DNA from: Rhodanobacteraceae bacterium
GTDB taxonomy: Bacteria > Pseudomonadota > Gammaproteobacteria > Xanthomonadales > Rhodanobacteraceae
NCBI GenBank assembly: GCA_035572335.1
Contig: DATNAW010000014.1
Span: forward strand, 1 to 51,427
DNA length: 51,427 nt
Reading direction: 5' to 3'
Part shown: piece by piece, positions 9,307 to 18,034 of the stretch
Numbering within the stretch: the stretch's first letter is position 1
Layout of the letters: every line of letters begins with the position of its first letter
Program-made: the position numbers and the translations under genes
Notes under the pieces: generated by a model
The model's database searches: none
What the model saw: only the letters and a program-made list of their open reading frames with translations
What the model was told of the DNA's origin: nothing

Positions 9307-10014
9307 TTATTGCACCACCACCCTGCAGTTCGGGGATTCTGCGAGTCCCAATCGCCCGCCGCACCTCGTGACGACTCCATGGATGGGCGCCGTCCCGAAG
9401 TGACCGGCAGCTTTCTCGCCGATGGTCATCGTGAGATTCGAGTATTGGACATACGCGGTCCCCGAGGTGCCCGTGCCGGTTGCGCCAAGGATGCAGATCG
9501 TCACGGGGGACGGATTGCCGAACGGTGGGTTGGATCCATTGGCCGTGAGGTACATCGAACCGGTCACCGCAAAACCACCCGAGGCTGCAGGCTTGAGCGC
9601 CGGACACATCGTCTGCCAATCCGTCGGCAAGTTGTGGACTACGCCATCGGTCACGCTGATGTGGTGCGTGTGGGCGCCCAGGCTCCCGGGGTCAAAGACC
9701 GAACTCGCGTTTGCAACTTCCGATGTTTCCATCGTCATCTCGGCGGAAAAGGTTGCCGTGCCCCGCTGTGCGTTCAGATCCAGGGTCCATCGGCCGTGCA
9801 TCTCGTACGGACTGCCACTGATCGGGTTGCCCGTGTTGCTGTCGCTCGTGGGCGTGTAGTCGTTGAGCAAACCACTGAAGTGGGTGGGCATCGGCGGCGA
9901 GCCGCCCGCCCGGGCGCTGGCCGGTCCAGCGGCAGCCATCGTGGCCAAAACCAGAATGCCCAATACCGGGGTCGCCCTGTTAAGTGCGGTCCGCATCAAT
10001 GCCTTGCGTCTCAT
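9307..10014 (-). CDS. Secreted hypothetical protein
   Basis: ATG at 10014 has GGAGG (10021-10025 on the plus strand) 6 nt upstream, so it is preferred over the ORF-track start at 10125. Signal peptide MRRKALMRTALNRATPVLGILVLATMAAAGPASA. The mature part is Gly/Thr/Ser-rich and I recognise no family. Confidence 0.55.
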   Translation of the reverse strand: MRRKALMRTALNRATPVLGILVLATMAAAGPASARAGGSPPMPTHFSGLLNDYTPTSDSNTGNPISGSPYEMHGRWTLDLNAQRGTATFSAEMTMETSEVANASSVFDPGSLGAHTHHISVTDGVVHNLPTDWQTMCPALKPAASGGFAVTGSMYLTANGSNPPFGNPSPVTICILGATGTGTSGTAYVQYSNLTMTIGEKAAGHFGTAPIHGVVTRCGGRLGLAESPNCRVVVQ

Positions 10015-10140
10015 GGAAAACCTCCCGTTCGCGTGGTCACTGCGCCTTGAGTGATCCGGAATGCATGCCCGCAACAACCGGACCGCCCGAGCGGTGAAGG
10101 CTAGGCGAAGCGCGAAGGGAAACAATCCTCCTAAAAGACC

Positions 10141-12210
10141 CTAGTGGCTGGCCAGATATTTGCCGAACCAATCCAGCGAGCGGCGCATGATGTCTTCCTC
10201 GTCGGCGTGGTCGGCGATGTGGTGTCCCTGGTTGGCGTACACGACCAGCGTTGTCGGCACGCCCAGCGTCTTCAGCGCGTGCCAGTATTCGAACGATTGC
10301 GGCGCCGGGCATTCCTCGTCGCGTTCGCCCACGACGATCAGCGCGGGCGTGTGCGCGTTCCTGATGTAATTGATCGCCGAGCTTTTCGCGTAGGCCGCGG
10401 GATCGTCGTACAGCGACGCGCCGAAGAACGGAATCATCCACTGGTCGATCTGGTTCTCGCCGTAATAGCTTTGCCAGTCGGACAGGCCGGCGCCCGCGAC
10501 CACCGCCTTGAAACGCTGCGTGCGGGTCGGCGCGAACATGCTCATGAAACCGCCGTAGCTCCAGCCGGTCAGGCCCAGACGGGCGTCATCGATGGGTGCC
10601 ATTTTTTCGACCTTGTCGACGCCCGCGAGGATGTCGTCGAGATCGCCGTAGCCCATCTGGTTGCGGATTCCCTGCGCGAAGGCTTCGCCCTCGCCGAAAC
10701 TGCCGCGTGGGTTGGGCATCAGCACGAAGTAACCGAATTCGGAATAGGCGCTCGCGTTGGTGCCCCACCTCGGCAGGTGCGCCGATGAGGGGCCGCCGTG
10801 CACGTACACGATCATCGGATATTTCTTGTGCGGGTCGTAATCGGCCGGATACATCAGCCAGCCCTGCACGTGCGCGCCGCCGTTGTTCCATTCCACCGAT
10901 TCGGCCTTGCCCCAGGCGTGCGCAAGCCCCTTGTTGATGGACGTGACTGCCGGCGGGGGCGCGGTGGTGAGCTGGCCTGCGTGCACCTCGGGAGGCTGGT
11001 CGAACGAGTTGCCTGCGTAAGCGATGCGACGCGGCGCCTTGTCAGACAGCGACACCGAAAGCTCGGCGCGGCCGTCGCCGATAATGCCCGGCGCGGTGAA
11101 CCACAGGCGCGTCTGGCGCGCGCTGTTGCCGGCCAACGTGTACTCCGTCACCTGCACCTCGCCGCTGGCGATCTGGTTGACCAGCAGCGAGCGCGCATCG
11201 AGGAAGGTGAACCAGGAAGGCGTGACCTTGGTGCCTGCGGTCAGGTCCACCGGCGTGCCGCCAGAAGCCGGCACGCCGTAGAGGTCGCCCCCGGTGGCGC
11301 CGCGATCGCTCATCAAGCCGCCGATGAACAGGATGCGTGCGTCGTCCGGCGACCAGCGCGGCAGCGCGATCTGCAAACCGTGCAAGGAACCGCTCACCGT
11401 CGCCGGATCGACGATGATCCTGGGCGTCGCGCCGCTGCGTGAATCTTGCACGTAGAGCTTCGCCGTCCACCAGTTGTCATCACCCGGCGGCTGGGCGGCG
11501 GTGTAGGCAATGCGGTTGCCGATCGAGGACGCGCGGAATTCATATACGTACAGTCCTTCCGGCGTCAGCAGTTCGGGCGCGCCGCCCGACACCGCGACGC
11601 GGGCCACGCGCTGCACCTGCACGTCGGCTTCGCCGATCACGCCGACCCGCGGATTGCCCGAAGCCGTCGCGTAAGGCAGGCGTGTCGCCCCGGGCACGTA
11701 AAGGAATGCGATGTATTGACCGTCACGGCTCCATTGCATGCCCTGCGCGAAGCCTTCGACGTTGGCGAGCCTGCGCGGCGGCGTGCCGGCATCGACGTCG
11801 ATCAGCCAGATCGCGCCGTTGATCGGCTTGGTGTTCGAAGGATCGACCTTGCAGCGCATCAGCACCGCGAGCTGGTTCGCGCGCGGTGCCCAGCGGATGC
11901 CTTCCTCGCGGCAATCGCCGGGGATCGCGACGGCATGCGCGTTCTGCCCGTTCCATGCGCCCAGCATCAGCTCCGTTTTCTCGTCGTGCGCGATGACCCA
12001 GGCAAGGTGCTGGCCGTCGTACGACAGCGCCACCGCGGGAATGTCCCTGACCTTGGCGTGCTGCGCGAGGATCTGTTCGATCCTGGCGTTTTCCGAAGAC
12101 GCATTCGCGGGCGGCGCCTTGGCCTGCAGGACCGGTGCGAGGACAAACGCCGCGCTTGCGGCGAGCAACAGCAGACCGTGACGGGCGGATTTCATGGCGC
12201 GCGCCTTCAT
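10141..12210 (-). CDS. S9-family serine peptidase (acylaminoacyl-peptidase/prolyl oligopeptidase type) with N-terminal beta-propeller
   Basis: Nucleophile elbow GLTGWSYGGFMS, later VGERDEECP (Asp) and YANQGHHI (His). Signal peptide MKSARHGLLLLAASAAFVLAPVLQA. ATG 12195 is an alternative start. Confidence 0.85.
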   Translation of the reverse strand: MKARAMKSARHGLLLLAASAAFVLAPVLQAKAPPANASSENARIEQILAQHAKVRDIPAVALSYDGQHLAWVIAHDEKTELMLGAWNGQNAHAVAIPGDCREEGIRWAPRANQLAVLMRCKVDPSNTKPINGAIWLIDVDAGTPPRRLANVEGFAQGMQWSRDGQYIAFLYVPGATRLPYATASGNPRVGVIGEADVQVQRVARVAVSGGAPELLTPEGLYVYEFRASSIGNRIAYTAAQPPGDDNWWTAKLYVQDSRSGATPRIIVDPATVSGSLHGLQIALPRWSPDDARILFIGGLMSDRGATGGDLYGVPASGGTPVDLTAGTKVTPSWFTFLDARSLLVNQIASGEVQVTEYTLAGNSARQTRLWFTAPGIIGDGRAELSVSLSDKAPRRIAYAGNSFDQPPEVHAGQLTTAPPPAVTSINKGLAHAWGKAESVEWNNGGAHVQGWLMYPADYDPHKKYPMIVYVHGGPSSAHLPRWGTNASAYSEFGYFVLMPNPRGSFGEGEAFAQGIRNQMGYGDLDDILAGVDKVEKMAPIDDARLGLTGWSYGGFMSMFAPTRTQRFKAVVAGAGLSDWQSYYGENQIDQWMIPFFGASLYDDPAAYAKSSAINYIRNAHTPALIVVGERDEECPAPQSFEYWHALKTLGVPTTLVVYANQGHHIADHADEEDIMRRSLDWFGKYLASH

Positions 12211-12300
12211 GGAAGAGGAATCCCACGAACGTACACCCGCGCCGCGCGCAGCGCCAAGTGCCGATGGGCACGGGCCCGGCGTGACGGCCCGCGATGCGAT

Positions 12301-12534
12301 CTACGCCCGCTTTTCGCCCGAAGCGTGCAGCACCCGCGGCTCGTCGCGATCGCTCCGGCCCGGCGCATTGCCCTCGGCAGCGCGGGGAGTCTTGCCCTGG
12401 CGCGCACCCAGCAATTCGTCGAGTTGCGCCTGCAGGGCCTTCATCTGCACGGTGTGCCGGTGCAACGCCGCCATGATCGCCCACAGCAGGACGCACAGCA
12501 CGATGAGAAGAATGCCGATGTCAGTCGTCGTCAT
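12301..12534 (-). CDS. Small hypothetical membrane protein (one TM helix plus a coiled-coil-like segment)
   Basis: ATG 12534 has GAGGA (12544-12548 on the plus strand) 9 nt upstream. MTTTDIGILLIVLCVLLWAIMAAL forms a TM helix, followed by QMKALQAQLDELL. Third codon positions are G/C-rich like real genes here. No family recognised. Confidence 0.4.
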   Translation of the reverse strand: MTTTDIGILLIVLCVLLWAIMAALHRHTVQMKALQAQLDELLGARQGKTPRAAEGNAPGRSDRDEPRVLHASGEKRA

Positions 12535-12814
12535 TTAAGTCGTTCCTCGCGGTCCGACGAGGTGCGGGTGAGGTGCGGATAGGGCGCAGGCTGAACGAGT
12601 ATGGCGGCAAAACCCCTTCCCCTGCAGGCCAAGCATACAAGCAACTTCCATGCCCGTCGCGAAGGCTGAATCACACTTTTGCAGCAACCGAAAAGCTGAA
12701 CGGGCGAGCGTTTCGTTCGACCGCGCAGGCGCTTGCACGGGATGCCCGTGTACCGCGCCGCGATGTCGCGATCGAAAACGGCGGACGAACAGGCAGCGCG
12801 AAAGCGTCGTGGTT

Positions 12815-12883
12815 TATTCGTGATTCAATTAGCTAAACACGTTCATTTTCTTTCGTCAAAGAAAACGTAAATAATCACGAATA
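12815..12883. promoter_or_regulatory. Nested dyad-symmetry element in the AT-rich region upstream of the initiating glycosyltransferase
   Basis: A perfect 11-bp inverted repeat, TATTCGTGATT (12815-12825) and AATCACGAATA (12873-12883), encloses an inner hairpin TTTTCTTT-cgtc-AAAGAAAA (12846-12865). It lies 64-130 nt upstream of ATG 12947, in the lowest-GC stretch of this region. Confidence 0.35.
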
Positions 12884-12946
12884 TTCAGCGCCAATTTCAC
12901 CGGACTGGACATACTCAATCCTTTCGACAGCCGAAGGGAACCAAGG

Positions 12947-14086
12947 ATGATTTCTACGGCGCACACGGTGTTGTCCGCATGCATGGTCTCGCTGGGCGCA
13001 TCGGCACTTGGTTTGTGCGTACTCGTCCCGATCAGCAAGCCGTTCGGATTGCTCGATTATCCGGATGCCCGCAAGCGGCATGCTTTCGCAACCCCACTCG
13101 TGGGTGGCTTGTCCATTTTCGTCGGCATGCTGGCCGGCTGGATGTGGTTGGGACAGGCGCAACATTTCGATGACGTCGTGCTCGGCACGGCATGCATGCT
13201 GGTGCTGCTGGGTGCGCTCGATGACAAGTACGGCCTGCGGGTCGGCGTGCGGGTGGTCGTGGAGATCGTGGCCATCCTGGTCGTGATTTCCACCACCGGC
13301 GTGTACGTGCATTCGCTCGGCCTCCTGCACGGCTACGACCTCCAGTTGGGCTGGCTCGGCATTCCCTTCACCGTGCTGGCCGTGATCGGGCTGATCAACG
13401 CGTTCAATCTGATGGACGGCATCGACGGTCTGGCGGGCTGCCTCGCGCTGGTCAGCGCCGGCGCGATCGCACTGCTGATGGAGCCCGACATGCCGGCGCC
13501 GTTGACCATCATCGTGCTGTTGCTGGCCGCGGCGCTGTATCCGTTCCTGATGGCCAACCTCGGACTGCTCGGCCGCAGGGCCAAGGTCTTCCTCGGTGAT
13601 TCCGGCAGCGTGGTGCTGGGATACGTCATCGCGTGGACACTGATCGCGCTCAGCCAGAGTACGCCGCGCTACATTTCGCCCGGCCTGGTGCTCTGGTGCG
13701 TCGCGCTGCCGGTGATGGATACGCTCGCGGTGATCTACCGGCGCCTGAAACGCGGTGTGTCGCCCTTCACGCCGGATCGCACCCATATCCACCATTTGCT
13801 GATGAACGCCGGATGGGGCCCGCGCCGCACGTTGATCTGTCTGGTGGCGTTCGCCGTGGTCATGCCCTTCGTGGGCGTGGTGATCCATACGCGGCTGGGT
13901 CCGATCGCGAACCTGGTGGCGTTCGTGTTCGTGGCGTCGGCGTACGGCGCGTTCACCACGCACCTCGAGCGCAAGCAGGCGGTTGCGCAAGCGCCGGCGA
14001 AGGCGCGTGCGCCGACGCCGGTGTCCGTGTCCGTGGTGCGATCCTTGCCGGCGGCTTCGGCCCGCGAGCGCCGGCGCGTCGGCTAA
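12947..14086 (+). CDS. Undecaprenyl-phosphate sugar-1-phosphate transferase, WecA/MraY family (initiating glycosyltransferase)
   Basis: Polytopic membrane protein with the family motifs LGALDDKYGL and NAFNLMDGIDGLAG. Confidence 0.85.
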   Translation: MISTAHTVLSACMVSLGASALGLCVLVPISKPFGLLDYPDARKRHAFATPLVGGLSIFVGMLAGWMWLGQAQHFDDVVLGTACMLVLLGALDDKYGLRVGVRVVVEIVAILVVISTTGVYVHSLGLLHGYDLQLGWLGIPFTVLAVIGLINAFNLMDGIDGLAGCLALVSAGAIALLMEPDMPAPLTIIVLLLAAALYPFLMANLGLLGRRAKVFLGDSGSVVLGYVIAWTLIALSQSTPRYISPGLVLWCVALPVMDTLAVIYRRLKRGVSPFTPDRTHIHHLLMNAGWGPRRTLICLVAFAVVMPFVGVVIHTRLGPIANLVAFVFVASAYGAFTTHLERKQAVAQAPAKARAPTPVSVSVVRSLPAASARERRRVG

Positions 14087-15240
14087 ACGGTGGCCGGAAT
14101 CGTGCCGGGCGCGTCCAGCACTTCGCCGTAGGTTTCCAGCGTGCGGCGGATGACGATGCGTTCGTCGAACCGCGCCAGCGCCTTGGCACGGGCCGCCAAT
14201 CCAAGTTGCCTTGCCCATTCCGGCGCATCCAGCAAGCGCACGATCGCCGCGCACAATGCTTCGGCATTCCTGGGTGGCACGATCAAGCCGTCCACGCCGT
14301 CGGCGACCACGTCGCGGCAACCCGGCATGTCCGTAGTGATCAGCGGCGTCGCACAGGCCGCCGCTTCGATCAGTGACTTGGGCAAGCCTTCGCGGTAATA
14401 ACTTGGCAGCACGAAGATGTCGGTCGACGCGAACAGCGCCGGCATGTCGTCGACATGGCCGATCCATTCGACCGCGCCTTCCTCGACCCAGCCGCGCACG
14501 ACCGTTTCCGGGACCGCCGCAGGATTGCCGGGATCGGATGCACCGGCCAGGAGGAAGCGCACGCGCCTGCCCTGCGCGCGCAAGTTGCGCGATGCCTGCA
14601 CGTATTCGGCGAGGCCCTTTTCCCACAGCAGCCGCGCCGCCAGCAGCACGAGGGGCGGATCGTTGCGCGATGCGGACCGCGGCACGAAGCGCGCGCAGTC
14701 CACGCCGGAGCCGGCGATCACGCGCACGCGCGCGTCCTCAATCAGACCGTGGCGTTCGAACATGCGGGCATCGTCGGGGTTTTGCAGGATCAGCCGCGAA
14801 CGCCTGCCGCGCAGCGCCAGCCGCATCAGCGTGCGCACCAGCGGACGCAGCGCACGCGCGCGGCGATCGTCGCTGGCGAACACGTAACCCAAACCCGCGA
14901 CGGCGTTGATGCGCGCCGGCACGCCGGTCAGCATCGCGGCGAGCGAGCCGTACACCGCGCACTTGATCGTGAAGTTGTGCACCAGTGCCGGGCGTTCGCG
15001 TTTGAACAACGCGACCAATTCCGCGAGCGCGCGAACCTCGCGCCAGGGATTCAGGCTGCGGCGATCCATCGCCGGCAGCGGCATCCAGCGCAGGCCCAAT
15101 TCGCGGAAACGCGCGCCGTATTCGCCGGGCGGCGAGACCAGCAGCACGTCGTGGCCCGCAGCCTGCACCGCCAGCGCCAGCGAACGCCGGAAGTTGTAGA
15201 GATACCAATCGGTATTGGCGAACAGGATGATCCTGGACAT
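14083..15240 (-). CDS. GT4-family (GT-B) glycosyltransferase, last gene of the minus-strand operon
   Basis: N-terminus MSRIILFANTDWYLYNFRRSLA. EX7E-type motif region YYREGLPKSLIEAAACATPLITTDMPGCRDVV. Its stop overlaps the stop of the convergent transferase gene (14083-14086). Confidence 0.85.
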   Translation of the reverse strand: MSRIILFANTDWYLYNFRRSLALAVQAAGHDVLLVSPPGEYGARFRELGLRWMPLPAMDRRSLNPWREVRALAELVALFKRERPALVHNFTIKCAVYGSLAAMLTGVPARINAVAGLGYVFASDDRRARALRPLVRTLMRLALRGRRSRLILQNPDDARMFERHGLIEDARVRVIAGSGVDCARFVPRSASRNDPPLVLLAARLLWEKGLAEYVQASRNLRAQGRRVRFLLAGASDPGNPAAVPETVVRGWVEEGAVEWIGHVDDMPALFASTDIFVLPSYYREGLPKSLIEAAACATPLITTDMPGCRDVVADGVDGLIVPPRNAEALCAAIVRLLDAPEWARQLGLAARAKALARFDERIVIRRTLETYGEVLDAPGTIPATV

Positions 15241-15273
15241 GCGGCACCCGATGCGTGATGTGGATCCGCCGCG

Positions 15274-16380
15274 TCAGCGCGACGCCTGGCAGCGCGTCTC
15301 CACCCGATGGATCGCATCGGTGAACTGGTTGAAGTCTGGCGTCACCGGACCCGGCGCATACGGCCCGTCGGTCTGCCACGCGCTGCCGTGGCCGTAGATC
15401 CAGACGTACTGGTTGGCTGCCGCGTACGCGGCGCGGAGCCGATCCGCAAAACGTCCCGGACTTTCGCGCGCCGCCTTGTTGGTCCGCGTCGGACCGAGCG
15501 GCCACAAACCGGGCGCACCGCTGAGATGCATCGAAGCCACGCTCTTGCCCATCAGCTTGGCGAAATCAGCCTCGGTCCGCTGCACCGACGGCCCCATGCC
15601 GTTGGCGTTCCGGCTGTAGGTCTGTTCCATGCCGATCACGACATGCGACCACGGCACCGACAGCAGGCCGCGCATGAACGGCACCGCCATTTCGTAGCGG
15701 TTGTACTTCGGCATCTTCTTGGCGGTTTTCATCGCGTGCACGCCGGACTTGAACCGCTGCAGCAGCGTCGCGTAACGCTGCGTCTGGTCGAGCACATCCG
15801 GAAGCACGAACAGCGTCATGCCTGGATCCGCCTGGTGCATGGCTTCGCCGATCGCGCGTCCTTCCTGCTCGATCGTGGTCTCGAGTTCTGGGCCGGCCGC
15901 GGGCCCGCCCCAGATCGGGACGTACGGTTCGAGGTCCAGTGCGACGCCCTTCAGGCCGGCGTACTTCGCGAGCATTGCCGCGTGCCGGAAACGCGCGACC
16001 GCCGCATCGTTGCTCTGGGCGTTTTTCCAGTCGCGGGCCTTGTACGACGCGACCTTGATGAAGTTGTCGGTCACGCCTTCCTTTGAATACAGGGACTGGA
16101 ACTTCGCGACGTCCTGCCAGATCGGGCTGTCGGGATTGGTGCCGACGTCCTTTTGCCAGTGCGCCATCACGGAATTCAGGAAGAAGCCCTGCACGCCCAC
16201 GGTGCGGCCCCAATAGGCAGCCTGCTGCGCGTTGTTCTGGGTGCGGATGTCGAAGCCGTCGAACATCAGCAGTTTCGGGCATTGCGCGGCCAGGGCGAGA
16301 TGCCAGGGACCGGCCAGCAGCACCAGCAGTGCCGCCCAGCCGATGGACTTCAACGAAAACCGCAGCGTCGCTCCATTCAT
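15274..16380 (-). CDS. Secreted hypothetical protein; candidate polysaccharide-processing enzyme by context only
   Basis: ATG 16380 has AAGGAG 8 nt upstream (16389-16394 on the plus strand). Signal peptide MNGATLRFSLKSIGWAALLVLLAGPWHLALAA. No motif I can name; GVALDLEPY is the kind of acidic strand-end seen in TIM-barrel glycosidases, which is weak evidence. Confidence 0.5.
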   Translation of the reverse strand: MNGATLRFSLKSIGWAALLVLLAGPWHLALAAQCPKLLMFDGFDIRTQNNAQQAAYWGRTVGVQGFFLNSVMAHWQKDVGTNPDSPIWQDVAKFQSLYSKEGVTDNFIKVASYKARDWKNAQSNDAAVARFRHAAMLAKYAGLKGVALDLEPYVPIWGGPAAGPELETTIEQEGRAIGEAMHQADPGMTLFVLPDVLDQTQRYATLLQRFKSGVHAMKTAKKMPKYNRYEMAVPFMRGLLSVPWSHVVIGMEQTYSRNANGMGPSVQRTEADFAKLMGKSVASMHLSGAPGLWPLGPTRTNKAARESPGRFADRLRAAYAAANQYVWIYGHGSAWQTDGPYAPGPVTPDFNQFTDAIHRVETRCQASR

Positions 16381-16455
16381 GTTGCACACTCCTTCGTCGG
16401 TCCGGCGGACCACGGCTCGGCACGGTGTGCGACAGCCGCGTGCGGCTAGTCGTCG

Positions 16456-17136
16456 CTATGCGTGCCGCTTCGACCGCAGCAGGAAAATCATTTCCTGTGA
16501 AAGCGCCGGGGCAATCCAGGTTCTCGCCATGATGTCGAAATGCGGTGCGAGCTCCGCGCACGCTTCGACCAGGCTGCAGAAACACAGCGTGTCCTTCTGT
16601 CCGCCGAAGATCGCGGCACGCGTTCTCCGCCGCAGCGCATGGAAACCGTTTTCGATCCCGAACGACACGATCGTCCACGGCGCGACCCGCGCGAATTCCT
16701 GCAGCATGCGCGCGCGCAACGAGGAAGGCACGCGGTGCATCAGGCGCAGGCACGCCACCACGTCGAACGCGCCATTGGCGAACTCACCCAGGTCGGCTGC
16801 GTCGGCGACCCGAAACTCGACCTGTGAATGACCGGCCCTCGCGAATTCGGCTTCGGCCTGCTTCAGCATGCTGGTCGAAATGTCGGAGGCCACCACGCGG
16901 GTGCCCAGCGAGGCGAACACGCCCGCGAGCTTGCCGGTGCCGGCGGGGATGTCGAGCGCGCTGCGGTGCGGCACCCGCGCCAGCAAGTCCCTCATCACGC
17001 GCCGTTCGCGTTGCGCCACCACCCGCGAGGGAAGATTGCGCCAGCCACTCGGCGACATGAACATCGCGTGATAGCGCTGTGCGGTGGCTTCGTCCTGGTA
17101 GAACTTCCGTGTGTCACGTTCGTAATCAAATTCCAT
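16456..17136 (-). CDS. Class I SAM-dependent methyltransferase
   Basis: Motif I ALDIPAGTGKLAGVFASLGTRVVASDIS. ATG 17136 overlaps the upstream gene's end by 11 nt (ATGGAATTTGA), and this start removes an implausible Arg/Cys-rich extension. Confidence 0.75.
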   Translation of the reverse strand: MEFDYERDTRKFYQDEATAQRYHAMFMSPSGWRNLPSRVVAQRERRVMRDLLARVPHRSALDIPAGTGKLAGVFASLGTRVVASDISTSMLKQAEAEFARAGHSQVEFRVADAADLGEFANGAFDVVACLRLMHRVPSSLRARMLQEFARVAPWTIVSFGIENGFHALRRRTRAAIFGGQKDTLCFCSLVEACAELAPHFDIMARTWIAPALSQEMIFLLRSKRHA

Positions 17137-18034
17137 GGCCTGAACCGGACCTCTCCGCCCAATGTTCGAGTTGCACGAAATAGGCGGACAGATAGGGGCG
17201 TCCAATCCATCTCGACACGCCATGCAGCGCGCCCAAGGCCTTTTCCGCAAAATGCCGCCGCATGGCGATCGTTTCGTGCAGGAAATAATTCAGCAATACC
17301 GGGTCGATGGAGCACGACGCGGCATGCGCGTAAATCGACACCAGATCGCCAATGTCAAAGTGTGTCCATATTTTCGGCGAGCCGCCTTTACCCCAGCTAA
17401 CCATCAACAGTGAAATGATGAAACGCGCGAGATCATTTTCCGGCACCCCGCGGGAAACCACCTGCGGGTCGAAAAACGTCCACGCGCGGTGATGCGCGTC
17501 GTACCTGAAATTGCGCACCTCGAAGCCTTCGATGCAGAGCGTGCGGCGGCGCTCCTCGATGCGGCGCAGCACGTCGGCATCGGGATCCAGGAACACATCG
17601 ACCAGGTAATCCTTGAGCGGATAGTGCGACACCGCATCGGTGACCGCGTGCAACCGGGCCAGCAGCGATACGGCATCGCGAAGCGCCGCCGCGCGGTCGA
17701 TGCCTGGGCCATGCTGCAGCAAGCGTTCGCGCAGGTCGGGTCCGGACAAGTTGGGATACACGATGCAGCCGTGGTCCAATCGCAACGGCTTGCAGGCGCG
17801 TTCGTCGAGTTGGTGCAGCAATCGCATCGCGGCGTACTCGCGACGGGCTTTTTCCATGCACGCGGAATCGAGCCAGTCTCGCGCCGGATCGCCGCTGCTG
17901 CGGAAGATCTTGTAGAAGCGGTCCGCGGATGCGGCCACCCAGGATTCCTTGCGTCGCGTGAATGCAAGCGCGTCGATCCAGCCGGCGTCGGCGTGCGCAT
18001 GAAGTTCCTTCCGTGCGGCGGCCCGTTCGATCAT
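17126..18034 (-). CDS. Kinase-fold (APH/choline-kinase-like phosphotransferase) protein, catalytic loop apparently degenerate
   Basis: ATG 18034 forms an ATGA overlap with the asnB-like stop. Kinase-like landmarks: FYKIFR (beta3 Lys), EKARREYAAM (alphaC Glu), and TFFDPQVVSRGVPENDLARF resembling the APH IDxE...DLA segment. Where HGDxxxxN is expected the sequence reads LCIEGFEVRNF. Confidence 0.5.
   Translation of the reverse strand: MIERAAARKELHAHADAGWIDALAFTRRKESWVAASADRFYKIFRSSGDPARDWLDSACMEKARREYAAMRLLHQLDERACKPLRLDHGCIVYPNLSGPDLRERLLQHGPGIDRAAALRDAVSLLARLHAVTDAVSHYPLKDYLVDVFLDPDADVLRRIEERRRTLCIEGFEVRNFRYDAHHRAWTFFDPQVVSRGVPENDLARFIISLLMVSWGKGGSPKIWTHFDIGDLVSIYAHAASCSIDPVLLNYFLHETIAMRRHFAEKALGALHGVSRWIGRPYLSAYFVQLEHWAERSGSGHGI

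Noticed and set aside
12875-14626. 583-aa minus-strand ORF across the initiating transferase gene
   Set aside because: Arg/His/Gly-rich nonsense composition. The plus strand carries the WecA/MraY motifs.
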